This document shows positions 21,039 through 32,247 of a DNA stretch of 62,507 nucleotides, piece after piece. How positions within the stretch are numbered: position 1 is the stretch's first letter; every line of letters starts with the position of its first letter. The DNA lies in contig JBBDRQ010000004.1 in assembly GCA_040905365.1 (NCBI GenBank), positions 1-62,507 on the forward strand, given 5' to 3'. The translations under genes were made by a program, and so were the position numbers. Source of the stretch: Actinomycetota bacterium. GTDB taxonomy: Bacteria > Actinomycetota > CADDZG01 > JAHWKV01. The notes below the pieces were generated by a model. The model was not told the DNA's origin. It saw only the letters and a list, made by a program, of their open reading frames with translations, and searched no databases.

Positions 21039-21511
21039 TTGCTCTCCTCCTAACCCGCACTGTGCGGGCAATGTAGCGAAAGCTTTGGGTTGTAGAGAGA
21101 ACAAACACCAAGCTGCAGAAACGTTTCGATGGATCCGCTGCAAAGGATGCTGCCGAAAAGCACGAACTCTGACTAGAAACCAAAACTCCTATAAGCATCA
21201 GTGTACCCCGGTTGAGGTAAATCGGTAGCTCTTACCAACAGTTTGCCGTGGAATAACTTCGGGCTCACCGTCGTTTGACAATGTTAAGAAACCATGAAGA
21301 AAAGGCCGTAGACCTTGTCAAGTTGTCAAGTGAGGCCTACACTCAATGCCTGGTTTCCCGCTTGCCCAATGCTTATGCACCCCCCGGATAACGGTTGGCA
21401 CTGGATAATTGCGGGTAATCAACAGGTAGGGGCCAAAAGGCGATGGGCGCCTATTGCGGGTCCCCCCGAAACATCGAGAAGTAACCGGGGCCCATTAGGA
21501 AAGGGAAGACG

Positions 21512-22483
21512 TTGAGGAAAGAGCAGTTCAGGGATTACGAACCCACCCCCCGTGTCGAGAGCCGGGAAGATGCACCGCATGAGGATCTGGTAAGACAGTA
21601 CCTACGCGAGATCGGCCAGTACCCCCTGCTCACCGACGTCGACGAAGTCGAACTGGCCAAGGCCTACGAAGCCGGGCAGCAAGCTGCAGCCGATCTAGAG
21701 TCCGGCAAGCGCATGACGGCCAAGAAGAAGGCCCAGCTGCGCAACGTCGAGCAGGCCGGACTGGCCGCCAAGCGGCGCTTCATTCAGTCCAACCTGAGAC
21801 TGGTCGTTTCCATCGCCAAGCGTTACTCGGCGGCCGGACTTCCTCTTCTGGACCTCATCCAGGAAGGCAATCTGGGCCTTATGCGGGCGGTCGAGAAATT
21901 CGACTACCAGCGGGGCTTCAAGTTCTCCACGTATGCAACGTGGTGGATCCGTCAAGCAATTACACGAGCCATAGCCGACAAAGCCCGGACCATCCGTATA
22001 CCGGTTCACATGGTGGAGACCCTGTACCGGGTACGCAAGGTTCAGTCTGAGCTACTGGAACAGATGGGCCGCGAGGCCACCATCGACGAGATTGCGGCCG
22101 CCGCGGAGATGACCCCGGAGAAGGTGCGCGAAGCGTTTCGGGTTCTTCCCGAACCGGTTTCCATCCACGAACCTGTGGGCGACGAGGATGCAGAGCTAGG
22201 CGACTTCATCCAGGACGAGGATGCGCAAGGACCTTTCGAGGCCGCCGCTTTGGCGCTGCGACAAGAGGATCTATGGTCCATGCTCGGCACGCTGTCCGAT
22301 CGCGAGAAGAAGGTTCTCGCGCTGCGGTTCGGCCTGGTTACCGGGGAGCCCCGCACCTTGGAGGAGGTCGGACGCGAGTTCACCCTCACCAGGGAGCGCA
22401 TCCGGCAGATCGAAGCAAAGGCGTTGTCCAAACTGCGGCATCCTTCCAGCCCCGGAAAGCTCCGCGACATGGTTACCCTGTAG
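21512..22483 (+). CDS. RNA polymerase sigma-70 factor, RpoD/SigB-like, no region 1.1
   Basis: [50 protein letters not shown]. Confidence 0.95.
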   Translation: MRKEQFRDYEPTPRVESREDAPHEDLVRQYLREIGQYPLLTDVDEVELAKAYEAGQQAAADLESGKRMTAKKKAQLRNVEQAGLAAKRRFIQSNLRLVVSIAKRYSAAGLPLLDLIQEGNLGLMRAVEKFDYQRGFKFSTYATWWIRQAITRAIADKARTIRIPVHMVETLYRVRKVQSELLEQMGREATIDEIAAAAEMTPEKVREAFRVLPEPVSIHEPVGDEDAELGDFIQDEDAQGPFEAAALALRQEDLWSMLGTLSDREKKVLALRFGLVTGEPRTLEEVGREFTLTRERIRQIEAKALSKLRHPSSPGKLRDMVTL

Positions 22484-22555
22484 CAGCCGCCCACTCGGGG
22501 AACAAGTTCCCCGGCAACAACTCGCAGGTGGCAAGCGACAGGTAAGGAATCCAGC

Positions 22556-23773
22556 TTGAACTTGCTAACCTCCAAGGCAGACAAGGCCGAGGCCCAACGC
22601 CCCGGCCTTGTTGTTGCCCATTATCAGGAGCTCGGCCTCAAAGGCCGCAACCGCTCTTTTTTTGAACGTAAGCTGACGGAGAACCTCCGGCGGCTTCTGT
22701 CGGGAGTGGCCGGAGCTAAAGTCGTACCCATCTCCGGGCGCGTGTTAATCCGCTTTGCCGACCGGGCGGACACCGACTTCGTAACCGGACAGCTTGCCTG
22801 TGCGTTTGGGTTGGGCAGCTTCTCCCCCGCCGAGGAGATGGTCGACCCTACCCTGGATGAGCTGGCCTCCAAGGCGATCGAGATGGCCGACGAATCGAAC
22901 TTTGAAAGCTTCCAGGTAAGGGCTCGCCGCGGCAACAGCTCCTTCCCGATTTCCTCCACGCAGATCAACGTAGCGGTTGGTCAAGCCGTCAAGGACCACA
23001 GCGGAGCACGCGTGGACCTGACCAACCCGCAGTGGTCCTGCCACATCGAGCTGGTAACCAACAAGGCCTACCTGTACAGCAAGAAGCTTCCGGGTCCGGG
23101 AGGCCTGCCGGTAGGCACCTCAGGCAAGGTGCTCACCCTCCTCTCCGGTGGCATCGACTCCCCCGTCGCGGCGTGGCGAATGGCGCGCCGCGGCGCCAGG
23201 GTTGACTACATACACTTCCACGGACAGCCCTTTGCGGATCCATCCAGCTCCCGGCAGGCGACGCATCTGGCCAAGCAGCTGGCGCCCTGGACTCTGCAGT
23301 CCAAGTTGTGGCTCGTCTCCTTCGGCCAGATCCAATCCGAAATCGTGACCTGCGCTCCCCAGGAGCTGCGCATTGTGCTTTACCGGCGCTTCATGATGCG
23401 AATCGCCGAAGAGCTAGCCCTAAGAGAGGGAGCCCAGGGCCTGGTCACCGGCGAATGCCTGGGCCAAGTCGCATCGCAGACCATAACCAACCTCCAGGCC
23501 ATCTCGACGGTAGTGAAGACCCTGCCGATCCTTCGTCCGCTGATCGGCCACGACAAGCTGGAAATAGAGCACACGGGCAAGCAAATCGGCACCTATGACA
23601 TCTCCATCCAGCCGCACCAGGACTGCTGCGTACTGTTCACACCGAGACGGGTGGCCACCGCAGCCAAGATCCCGGATCTAATCCAGGCGGAGTCTTCCCT
23701 ACCGGTCGAGCAGATGGTTCGAGATGCGGTAACGGACGCGCAATGTACGGAGATTGCTTTTCCGCTCCAGTAA
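22556..23773 (+). CDS. thiI: tRNA 4-thiouridine synthase (THUMP + PP-loop, no rhodanese domain)
   Basis: ELGLKGRNR, GPGGLPVG, LLSGGIDSPVA, LGQVASQT, DCC. Confidence 0.95.
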   Translation: MNLLTSKADKAEAQRPGLVVAHYQELGLKGRNRSFFERKLTENLRRLLSGVAGAKVVPISGRVLIRFADRADTDFVTGQLACAFGLGSFSPAEEMVDPTLDELASKAIEMADESNFESFQVRARRGNSSFPISSTQINVAVGQAVKDHSGARVDLTNPQWSCHIELVTNKAYLYSKKLPGPGGLPVGTSGKVLTLLSGGIDSPVAAWRMARRGARVDYIHFHGQPFADPSSSRQATHLAKQLAPWTLQSKLWLVSFGQIQSEIVTCAPQELRIVLYRRFMMRIAEELALREGAQGLVTGECLGQVASQTITNLQAISTVVKTLPILRPLIGHDKLEIEHTGKQIGTYDISIQPHQDCCVLFTPRRVATAAKIPDLIQAESSLPVEQMVRDAVTDAQCTEIAFPLQ

Positions 23774-23813
23774 GCCGGCGTGCGGGCACGCCTGCGGACC
23801 GAGTGGCCCTAGT

Positions 23814-23858
23814 CTCACGCGCCCCAAACCTCGCAAAAGTTAGTGGCCAGGGTACTAG
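23814..23858. repeat. Dispersed intergenic repeat, identical to 10-54
   Basis: Exact 45-bp match; terminal CTAG overlaps the stop codon of the minus-strand gene. Confidence 0.85.
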
Positions 23859-24433
23859 CCGACCGCAAGGAGCCGGTACACAACCAAGGTTACGGTCTCC
23901 CGAATCAAGTTGTTTCGATCGGTCTCCACGCTGGTTGGTATGTGGGAGGCGGATACCGACGCTTCAAATCCCAGATCCTCAGCGATCTCCCGGGCCCTGC
24001 CCAAATGCAGCGAATCGCTAACCAGCACTATGCTGTGCAGATTGCGGTCCTGGGCCATTCCGGTGAACTTCTTAAGGCTGTCCAGGGTCGTGGCGCCGGC
24101 CTTGACGCCGGTCACCCGATCCGCCGGCAGAACCGCTTCCAGGTAGGCCGCCCCCGCTTGAGCTTCGGTGAAACGGTCGCCTTGCTGCTTGCCGCCCAGT
24201 ACGACGATCAGCGGGGCGACCCCCTCGTCGTAAAGCTCTTTAGCGTGGTCCAGTCGCGCCCGGAACACCGGCGAGGGGGTGCCGTCGTACTGGGCGGCGC
24301 CGAGTACGACTATGGCATCCGAGCGTGGGCGCTCGTCCAACTGAGAGCTTTGCCAAATGTAGTTGGCAGTCCAGGATAAATAGACAACGGGCACCAAGGC
24401 CGCCAGTGCGGCTATCTTCAGCAGTAGGCGCAT
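23855..24433 (-). CDS. YdcF/DUF218 family protein
   Basis: DAIVVLGAAQYDG.PSPV..ARLDHA, GD.FTEA, LVSD..H..R. Confidence 0.9.
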   Translation of the reverse strand: MRLLLKIAALAALVPVVYLSWTANYIWQSSQLDERPRSDAIVVLGAAQYDGTPSPVFRARLDHAKELYDEGVAPLIVVLGGKQQGDRFTEAQAGAAYLEAVLPADRVTGVKAGATTLDSLKKFTGMAQDRNLHSIVLVSDSLHLGRAREIAEDLGFEASVSASHIPTSVETDRNNLIRETVTLVVYRLLAVG

Positions 24434-24561
24434 ACCTTGAGCTTAAGGCGTGTCGGTAGAGTCGTCCGGTAGGGGCGGCGGCGCCAACGCGAAAGATGCC
24501 CCCGGGTTCGTCCTTTCGAGACGTCCCCGAGGGCACCGTTGCGAGCCGTTGCTCTCACGTA

Positions 24562-25182
24562 CTACATCCTCTCGATGCTGATCGTGCGGCTGCCGTACTG
24601 ACGGGCGGCCCCACAGTTGCCCGGATAGGCGATGTCGAACTGGCTGCCCCAGCCGATCCGGTCCTCGATGGTGAAGACCCGGCCGGCGGCCGGACCGCTG
24701 AGCACCCGGTACCTGGCACCGAGCGGCACTCCGTTCATGGCGGCCGCACCCGTGTAGGTCCTGCGACCGGACGCCATCTGACCAGTCAGGCAGTAGGCCG
24801 TGCTGTGCACGGTCCTGCTGGGACCGGAAGCCGTCCGGGGCGCCGGCGCAGCTGGCTGCGCCGGTTGCGTGGTCTGGCTTCGAGGCGGAGTACTTACGCC
24901 GCTGGACGAAGCCGGAGTTTCGTCGCTGCTAACCTGCGTTTCTTCGCCCGTTTGTTCGCCGGCGCCGTCTGAAGCCTCAGCCTCTTCGAGTCCGTCCGAA
25001 GCCGAGCGCATCGCCTGTTCAACAAGCCGGGAGCCCGAGCTTTGCTCATCTCGCTCCGTTGGAAAGTGCTCGTTGAACAAGTCGGCCATCATTGGGCTTC
25101 GTTGCTGTGTGCTCGCGTACGCAGGCATCGAGGCTAAAGGAACCGCGAAGCTCAATACACATATCGTCAGAACTCTTCTCAA
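24562..25182 (-). CDS. Secreted 3D-domain (double-psi beta-barrel) cell-wall protein
   Basis: Signal peptide, low-complexity linker, STAYCLTGQMASG...IEDRIG..SQFDIA. Confidence 0.75.
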   Translation of the reverse strand: MRRVLTICVLSFAVPLASMPAYASTQQRSPMMADLFNEHFPTERDEQSSGSRLVEQAMRSASDGLEEAEASDGAGEQTGEETQVSSDETPASSSGVSTPPRSQTTQPAQPAAPAPRTASGPSRTVHSTAYCLTGQMASGRRTYTGAAAMNGVPLGARYRVLSGPAAGRVFTIEDRIGWGSQFDIAYPGNCGAARQYGSRTISIERM

Positions 25183-25650
25183 AACTCAAATCCTCCTTAT
25201 CGATTTAGTGCGCGTCACTCCTTCCTCTCGTGGATGTGGGATGAAAAACGGCTCGAGGCGCTGTGTGTTGGGCCTCAGCGGCGCGGGTTACCCACCGCGC
25301 AGGGATGTATGCGTAACTTTTGTAACTACAGCAAACGGGGTTCGGAGGCCTGGATCTCGATCTGGAGACCTACTCGGCCCTGCAACCAAACGGAACTATC
25401 CGGGCCGCCTCCTAGGCGACCGAGCCGGCAAATTAGTCTGCAATTATTACTTTGCGTGTTCGCACGATCGAATATTACCACGCAGCGTGCTCATACCGCA
25501 CGACTCCCATCGACTGAAAGGTCAAGGGGAGGGGGTGGCGGAGGGACAGCTGCCCGATGCCGGGGTCCTGTGCATCTGGGATTAACCCTTGTTTTCCACT
25601 GTAACGGGTATTGGTGGTAAAGCCAGTGATACGAAAAAACTGGGGCCTGC

Positions 25651-28611
25651 TCAGCCGGTGGGGGCCAGCTCGTCGGTGACCAGCTCCCCCTCGGCCGTGC
25701 GGTACTCGACGGGGCCCAGCCTCAACGCCTGCAGCTGAGGCTCGATCGCGGCCCTATCTCCCACCGCGATGACCTTCATCTCATCCGGCCGCAGGTAGGT
25801 CTCCGCGACGGCTTGCACCTGCTCCACGGTGACCTCCTGCAAGCGGGAGACGAGACCGTCGAAATAGTCCAGCGGCAGACCCATGACATAGAGGTGGGCA
25901 AGCGTACTTGCCGTAGAGGCGTTGGTCATGAACTGTGCGGGCAAGCTCTGTACAAGCGACTCCCTGGCGTCGGCAAGCTCTTCGGCAGTTACCGGCGATT
26001 CGATCATTCGCTCAACTTCGCGAAGTATCTGCTGCACGGCAGCCCCGGTAACCGGGGTATCCACGGAGGTGAAGATATTCAGCGTTCCCACCCCGCGGGT
26101 CTGAGTGATCTCGGAGGTGACTCCGTAGGTGTAGCCCAGCGTTTGACGCAGGTTCTGGTTCAGGCGGCTGTAGAAGAGGCGGCCCAACACCCGATTCACC
26201 AGCTGAAGCTGCTCAAAGTCGGGGTTGTCCCTGGAGATTCCCGGCTGGGCAACTACGAGCGAGGTCTGGGCAGAGGACGGCTTGTCGACCACCGTCAATC
26301 GAGCTTGGCCGGCCTCGCCGGATCCCGGAGTCTGCGGCTGCTGCGCCTGGTTGTCCCAGGACCCGAAGTAGCGCTCGGCAAGATCCCGGGCCTCCGCCGC
26401 ACCGAGGTCGCCGGTGAGGAACAGTGCTGCGTTGTTGGGCCCGAAAGTGCGTCGGTACGCCTCAACCAGGTCCGATCGACTCACGTTCTCAACAGTTTGC
26501 TTAGAACCCAGCGTCAGATGCCCGTAAGGGTGATCCGGGCCGAACAAGTCGTCCCACATAATCTTGAACGCGGTAGTCAGCGGTCTGTCGGCCTGTTGGC
26601 GATAATCGACCAGCCGATCGTTACGGACACGGGCAAGCTCATCCTCGGCAAAGGTGGGCCTGAGCACCACGTCGGACATGATCGACATCGACTCATCCAA
26701 CTTGCCGGTCAGCGCCTGCAGCACCACCCAGCTTCCCTCCTTGGACGAGCCCGTGGCAAGAGTTGACCCTGCCGCGGTGAGATCGTTGGCTATCTCGAGC
26801 GCGTTGCGGCCAGCCACCCCTTCATTCATCATCGCCGTGGCAAAGCTCGTCACCCCCTGCATCCCAGGGGGATCCGACGCGCTCCCCGAACGCGCCGTCA
26901 ACTGGGCGGTGACCAAAGGTAGATCGCGCGACTCCACCCAATACACGGGCATACCGTTGTCCAGCTCAAACCGCTCGGCGGAGGGCAAATCCACCTCCGG
27001 CGCAGGACCCGCCTCCGGCACTTCGAAGCGCCACGACTGAGCAGACCGCGGCTCTGCCTCTGCGGATTCGTCCGGCGCCTTTTCGGTCAAAGGGCTGGGC
27101 GAACCGCCCGGGTCTAGCGGGCCGGGCTCCGGCGCCGGCTCACCGGCTTGGGCAGCGGCCGGTCCCTCCTGCGGCTGCGATCCTGCGGCGCCCGACTCCG
27201 CCGGCGAGGGCAACGCCCTCTCCACGGGCGGATCGTCGGGCAAAGTCTTCTCCCCCGGTTCCACATGAATAACCACGCCCTTGCTGCTAGAGAGGTCACG
27301 GGCAACAAAGCTCTCTATGTCGGTGGTCGTTACTCTCGAGAACCGCTGCAAATCCTCATTCAGGTAATCGGGCCTGCCCAAAAAGTGGTTGTATGCATTC
27401 AGCCGGTCGGCTACTCCGGAAAAGGGCTCCAGACTCTTGAGGGCGACGGCCTTGGTAGCCGTTTGGGTCGCGTCCAACTCCTCCACCCCGGCTCCCAAGG
27501 TAACCAAACGGTCCAACTCCTCGCGAATGGCCTCCTCCAGCTCCCCGGCACTGTGGCCCGGCTTGGCTGTCGCTGTGATCTGAAAAACGGATCCGTGAGC
27601 AAGCGACCGCTGCTGCGCGGACACGGACCGGGCAATCTGCAGGTCGTAGACCAGACGCTTGTACAGCCGGCTGGCCTTCCCACCGCCAAGCATGCGAGCT
27701 GCCAGCGTCGCTTCGGCATCTCCGATCTGAAACGCGGGCGGCGTTATCCAGGCCATGTACACCCGGGGCAGCTCCACCTGATCGGTCATGTTCAGACGAA
27801 TCTGCTCGTCAAGCTGAGGAGTGGCAACGCTGGGCTCCTCTACCTCGGGGCCGCCCGGCAGGGTTCCAAAATACTTCTCGATCAGCTCCTTGGTCCGGTC
27901 AAGGTCGATGTTGCCGGTGATCGACAGGCTTGCGTTGCTGGGGGCGTAGTAACGTTCGTAGAACTCCTCCACGTCGTCGAGCTGCGCAGCCTGGATCTGT
28001 TCGTGGCTACCATAGATATACCCGTGGTAAGGGTGCTCGGGCGGAAACAGCGACTTGTAGATGCGCTCTTGAGCCAACCCGTAGGGCGCGTTGTCGATCG
28101 CCTCCCGCCGCTCGTTTCGCACCACCGCCTTCTGGTTGGCCAAAACCGCCTCGTCCAGGGCTTGCACCAAGAACCCCATACGGTCGCTCTCCGCCCACAG
28201 GGCCAGCTCCAGCTGGTTGGAGGGCACGTCCTGCAAAAAGGCGGTACGGTCCAAGTCCGTGTTGCCGTTGACCCCCGTAGCGCCGATCGCCTGCAACCGG
28301 CTCAGATAATCGCCCGGAGCGTGCAGCGAACCCTGCAGCATCATGTGCTCGAACAGGTGCGCCAGGCCCGCAAGGCCCTCGGGCTCGTTGGCGGGGCTCA
28401 CGTCGTACCAGATGTTTACCGAGGCCACTGGAACACGGTCGTCTTTGCGCAGGATCACGTCCAGACCGTTGGGCAGGGTGTAATGCTGAAAGTCCAGGTC
28501 GACGGTGGGCTGTACGTCCTCCTGGGGCTCCGTAGCACAACCCCACAGGGCAAAACACAGCACAACCGCCGTCAATGCCCTCGCCGCCTTCATCTCCAAC
28601 CATTGTCGCAT
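25651..28611 (-). CDS. M16 family zinc peptidase, lipoprotein
   Basis: Lipobox LWGC, AHLFEHMM inverted zincin motif, duplicated halves (LPNGL / LDNGM). Confidence 0.93.
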   Translation of the reverse strand: MRQWLEMKAARALTAVVLCFALWGCATEPQEDVQPTVDLDFQHYTLPNGLDVILRKDDRVPVASVNIWYDVSPANEPEGLAGLAHLFEHMMLQGSLHAPGDYLSRLQAIGATGVNGNTDLDRTAFLQDVPSNQLELALWAESDRMGFLVQALDEAVLANQKAVVRNERREAIDNAPYGLAQERIYKSLFPPEHPYHGYIYGSHEQIQAAQLDDVEEFYERYYAPSNASLSITGNIDLDRTKELIEKYFGTLPGGPEVEEPSVATPQLDEQIRLNMTDQVELPRVYMAWITPPAFQIGDAEATLAARMLGGGKASRLYKRLVYDLQIARSVSAQQRSLAHGSVFQITATAKPGHSAGELEEAIREELDRLVTLGAGVEELDATQTATKAVALKSLEPFSGVADRLNAYNHFLGRPDYLNEDLQRFSRVTTTDIESFVARDLSSSKGVVIHVEPGEKTLPDDPPVERALPSPAESGAAGSQPQEGPAAAQAGEPAPEPGPLDPGGSPSPLTEKAPDESAEAEPRSAQSWRFEVPEAGPAPEVDLPSAERFELDNGMPVYWVESRDLPLVTAQLTARSGSASDPPGMQGVTSFATAMMNEGVAGRNALEIANDLTAAGSTLATGSSKEGSWVVLQALTGKLDESMSIMSDVVLRPTFAEDELARVRNDRLVDYRQQADRPLTTAFKIMWDDLFGPDHPYGHLTLGSKQTVENVSRSDLVEAYRRTFGPNNAALFLTGDLGAAEARDLAERYFGSWDNQAQQPQTPGSGEAGQARLTVVDKPSSAQTSLVVAQPGISRDNPDFEQLQLVNRVLGRLFYSRLNQNLRQTLGYTYGVTSEITQTRGVGTLNIFTSVDTPVTGAAVQQILREVERMIESPVTAEELADARESLVQSLPAQFMTNASTASTLAHLYVMGLPLDYFDGLVSRLQEVTVEQVQAVAETYLRPDEMKVIAVGDRAAIEPQLQALRLGPVEYRTAEGELVTDELAPTG

Positions 28612-28739
28612 CGAGCCGTACCCGTCTAAACCGTTTTTGAACAGTTGACAGCCAACCCGACCCCGCCTAGCGTGGGTTGAGTCGCGTCAGTTTGATCCCG
28701 GTGCGGTCCTGTTGTTAGCTTGCGGGGTTCGCCAGGCGA

Positions 28740-30005
28740 TTGAGCTGCCGAAAACATCCATCGCTTCGTCTTTCCGGCTGCGACCGGTTCACGCTGTCAA
28801 CCCCGCAGGAGGAACCCGTGAAGCTAGCAGCGGCGTCACCCGGGCAAGCATGCACGGACGAGCACGGCTGGATCTGCGAAAAGCTCTTCGCTCTAACCGA
28901 CAACGAGACTATAGCCAGCGTCTCCGACCAGATTCTCGGGCCGGCCCTGCGCATAGCCGGAGTTGTGCTCATCGCATTCCTCATGCGCAAGCTCCTCAAG
29001 CGCGTAATCGAGCGGATAATCAAGGCAGCGATCGTCAAGGGCCTCGAGGCAAACGCATCCGCGAGCCCCGCCGCCATGCAGCGCAGTTCGGTGCGGGGCC
29101 AGACGGTAGCGGGTGTGCTAAAGGCTCTGGGTTCGGCAACCATCTGGGTGCTGGCATCCCTGATCGTCCTAGGTGAGCTGGGCATCAACCTGGCGCCGCT
29201 GATCGCCGGACTGGGTATCGTGGGCATAGCGCTTGGCTTTGGCGCACAGAACCTGGTCTCAGACCTGGTGTCGGGGCTGTTCATGCTGGTCGAAGACCAG
29301 TTCGGCGTGGGCGACATTATCGAGGTGGACGGCCTGTGGGGCGAGGTAGAGCACGTGGGTCTGAGAACCACCCAGGTGCGCGGGCTCGACGGGATGCTGT
29401 ACACGCTTAGAAACGGCAACATCAAACTCACCGGCAACGCCAACAAGGGCTGGACCCGGGTTCTGCTCGACATCAACGTGGCTTACGCCACCGACCTCCG
29501 CCGGGCGGCGTCAGTCATCAAGCAAGTGGCCGAGGAGGCAAGCCGGGAGGCTGAGCTCGCCGGTATGTTCAAGGGCGAACCCGAGATCTGGGGTGTGACG
29601 GACTTTGGAGACAACTCGATATCGATACGACTGGTCGTAAAGAGCGCTCCCGCCGCGCACTGGCAGCTCGGACGGGATCTACGGCTGAGGATCAAGGAAG
29701 CCTTCGACCGCGAGGGCATAGAGATTCCACTCCCGCAGCGGACCACGTGGATACGCACGGAGCCAGGAACCCTTCCCGCGCCCATTCCACTGACCGTGGC
29801 GGACGGTGTAAGCGGCAACGGATCCGGTGGCCCATCTGCTAAGCCCCGATCGCAGCCGGAGACAAAGCCACAAAAACACGGCCGATCGGAGAAGGTCCCG
29901 GCACCCGATGAGGATTCCTGGTCCACCATGTACGCCGGACCGGACCCGGACCCCTCCGTCGATCAGCCCCCAGGATCGGAGGGCGCGGAACCCCCGAACC
30001 CATAG
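28740..30005 (+). CDS. Small-conductance mechanosensitive channel (MscS family)
   Basis: GIALGFGAQNLVSD, EDQFGVGD, GLRTT, AFDREGIEIP; start uncertain. Confidence 0.92.
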   Translation: MSCRKHPSLRLSGCDRFTLSTPQEEPVKLAAASPGQACTDEHGWICEKLFALTDNETIASVSDQILGPALRIAGVVLIAFLMRKLLKRVIERIIKAAIVKGLEANASASPAAMQRSSVRGQTVAGVLKALGSATIWVLASLIVLGELGINLAPLIAGLGIVGIALGFGAQNLVSDLVSGLFMLVEDQFGVGDIIEVDGLWGEVEHVGLRTTQVRGLDGMLYTLRNGNIKLTGNANKGWTRVLLDINVAYATDLRRAASVIKQVAEEASREAELAGMFKGEPEIWGVTDFGDNSISIRLVVKSAPAAHWQLGRDLRLRIKEAFDREGIEIPLPQRTTWIRTEPGTLPAPIPLTVADGVSGNGSGGPSAKPRSQPETKPQKHGRSEKVPAPDEDSWSTMYAGPDPDPSVDQPPGSEGAEPPNP

Positions 30006-30006
30006 C

Positions 30007-30780
30007 CTAGTGAATGAGCACCGCTTTCAGGAAGCTGCGCGTGCGCTCGTTTTGGGGGTCTTTGAGGATCTGGTTGGGCGGGCCTTCCTCGATGATGCGG
30101 CCCTGATCGAACATCAATACCCGGTCGGCCATCTCGCTGGCAAAGCCCATCTCGTGGGTGACGAGCACCATCGTCATCTCACCGCTTCGGGCTAGATCCC
30201 GCAGCACCTCCAGCACGTCCCCCACCAGCTCCGGGTCGAGCGCCGAGGTAACCTCGTCGAAGAGCATGACTTTGGGGTGCATGGCCAGTGCGCGTGCGAT
30301 CGCGACCCGCTGCTGCTGGCCCCCGGAGAGTTGTATGGGCCTTTGATTCGCCTTGTCCTGCAAGCCCACCTGCGCCAGTAGCTCGTCGGCTCGCTGGGAG
30401 GCTTCCTCTTTGCTCAACCCCAGTACCTTTATGGGAGCCAGCATTACATTCGCCTTGGCGCTCATGTGGGGGAACAGGTTGAAGTGCTGGAACACCATGG
30501 ATATATCCGAGCGGATCTCCCGGATATGCTTTTCCGACGCACGCGCCAGTTTGCCGTTGCGCTCCTCGTGGTACAGATGCCTTTCGTCTATCTCGATAGT
30601 GCCCTCGTCCGGCCTCTCCAGCGTCATGATGACCCGCAAGATGGTGGTCTTGCCCGAACCGCTGGGGCCGATGATCACTACCTTCTCGCCGGCCTGCACC
30701 TCCAAATCGAGCTTGTCAAGGACCACGTTGTCCCCGAACGCCTTGGTTACGCCGCTCATCTTCACCATCGGCTTGCTCAA
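30007..30780 (-). CDS. ehuA: Ectoine/hydroxyectoine ABC ATPase
   Basis: [29 protein letters not shown]; in ehu operon. Confidence 0.85.
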   Translation of the reverse strand: MSKPMVKMSGVTKAFGDNVVLDKLDLEVQAGEKVVIIGPSGSGKTTILRVIMTLERPDEGTIEIDERHLYHEERNGKLARASEKHIREIRSDISMVFQHFNLFPHMSAKANVMLAPIKVLGLSKEEASQRADELLAQVGLQDKANQRPIQLSGGQQQRVAIARALAMHPKVMLFDEVTSALDPELVGDVLEVLRDLARSGEMTMVLVTHEMGFASEMADRVLMFDQGRIIEEGPPNQILKDPQNERTRSFLKAVLIH

Positions 30781-30789
30781 GAGCTCACC

Positions 30790-31473
30790 TCAAGTCTCAT
30801 ATCCCATCCGCCTTTCCAGGTAGCGCACGAACATTGCGGCCGGGATGCTAACGGCCAGGAACATCGCTCCGGCAACCATCATGGGCTCAACCGAACGAAA
30901 AGTTTGGCTCTGTATTGAGCGTGCCACAAACAGCACACCGACGACGCTGATCGACGATCCGATGGGGGCATCTTTGAACATGGCTACGAAGTAGTTGCCC
31001 AGCGCCGGAAGGGTCCGGGGGATCGCCTGGGGCAGGACCACGTGCCGCCAGGTGTGAAACGTGCCCAGGTTCATGGCGGTAGCGGCTTCCCACTGGCCCC
31101 TTGGGACGCTGTTGATGCCGGCGCGGTACGCCTCCGACGCGTAGGTCGCGTAGTGAACACCGAGCCCGAGGATCAGCGCGGTGAGCGGCCTGATGACCCG
31201 CGCGAAATCGGGGAGGAAGGTAAGACTAGGCAGGGCGTAGTACAGAAAGAACAGCTGAATCAAAATAGGGGTGGAGCGGATGAACTCGATCAACCCGGCC
31301 ACCGGCATCGAAAGCCACTTCTTCTTCGACCGGCGGCCCAGCGCAAGAAACAGCCCGAGGATCACCGCTATCACTATGCCGACCAAGGTCGCCTTGATCG
31401 TCACCCACATGCCTCCGGCCATGCGGGGAAGGATCTCCCACACCAGGTCCCAATCCCACTTGCTCCGGGTCAT
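30790..31473 (-). CDS. ehuD: Ectoine/hydroxyectoine ABC permease
   Basis: WDW start, EFIRSTP, GVHYATYASEAYRAGI..VPRGQWEA. Confidence 0.85.
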   Translation of the reverse strand: MTRSKWDWDLVWEILPRMAGGMWVTIKATLVGIVIAVILGLFLALGRRSKKKWLSMPVAGLIEFIRSTPILIQLFFLYYALPSLTFLPDFARVIRPLTALILGLGVHYATYASEAYRAGINSVPRGQWEAATAMNLGTFHTWRHVVLPQAIPRTLPALGNYFVAMFKDAPIGSSISVVGVLFVARSIQSQTFRSVEPMMVAGAMFLAVSIPAAMFVRYLERRMGYET

Positions 31474-32160
31474 CTAAACACTCCCCAAGCGGGTTTCTAC
31501 CTGCCGCTCCGCAAAACGGAACAGGCGAGCCAGCACCTGCGCGATAACGAAGTAAATAATCAACGCGTTCAGGTACAGTGCGATCGTCGTCGCCGAGTCT
31601 TCGATCACCACGCGGTTGACCCGTAGCTTTTGAACCTCGAAGGCCAGCTCCGACAAAGTGATCAGCGAGACAAGAGCCGTGCCTTTGAGGATCTCGATGC
31701 TCAGGTTGCCGAACGGCGGCAGAATAACCGTCAGTGCCTGCGGGAGCACCACGTAGCGAAGCCTCTGGTAGGCGGTCATGTTTAGCGAGACCGTTGCCTC
31801 GGCTTGGCCCTTGGGCACAGCCCTGATAGCCCCGCGCACGATCTCGGCGCCGTAGGCCCCCATGTTCAGGCCCAGCGCCAGCACACCGGCAACCATCGGT
31901 GACAGTCCGCGGACGTCGAACAGGATCGGCACCGCGAAGAACATGATGAACAGCAAGATGATCGCCGACAGGCCGCGCGCGATCTCGACGTAGACCAGAG
32001 CCAGCGCCCGGACCAGCCGAAACCGGGACAGCCGCGCCACCCCCATAACCAGGGACATTACCGAGCCCAGCAGCATCGCCCAGCCCAGGAGCTGGAGCGT
32101 AACCGCCGTACCCTCCCCCAAGCGGGCCCATTGGTTGGAGTTGAGAAAGAATTCCGGCAC
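31474..32160 (-). CDS. ehuC: Ectoine/hydroxyectoine ABC permease
   Basis: LGLNMGAYGAEIVRGAI.AVPKGQ, LKGTALVSLITL. Confidence 0.85.
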   Translation of the reverse strand: MPEFFLNSNQWARLGEGTAVTLQLLGWAMLLGSVMSLVMGVARLSRFRLVRALALVYVEIARGLSAIILLFIMFFAVPILFDVRGLSPMVAGVLALGLNMGAYGAEIVRGAIRAVPKGQAEATVSLNMTAYQRLRYVVLPQALTVILPPFGNLSIEILKGTALVSLITLSELAFEVQKLRVNRVVIEDSATTIALYLNALIIYFVIAQVLARLFRFAERQVETRLGSV

Positions 32161-32190
32161 GGCGCTGGCTAGAGGGGTTGGACCAAACCA

Positions 32191-32223
32191 GCAGTCCCCG
32201 GGCAGCTATTGCCCGGGGACTGC
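32191..32223. terminator. Hairpin between ehuB and ehuC (mRNA-stabilising or attenuating)
   Basis: Perfect 14-bp stem gcagtccccgggca / tgcccggggactgc. Confidence 0.6.
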
Positions 32224-32247
32224 GTAGCAATCAGCGCAAAGTGCGCC

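Noticed and set aside
22556-23773. Unusual ThiI (TGEC instead of TGES, no rhodanese domain)
   Set aside because: Rhodanese-less ThiI is common, and a single substitution is too little to claim new chemistry
25813-28629. Long plus-strand ORFs (317 and 493 aa) and similar shadow ORFs elsewhere
   Set aside because: Antisense to well-supported genes; expected in high-GC DNA
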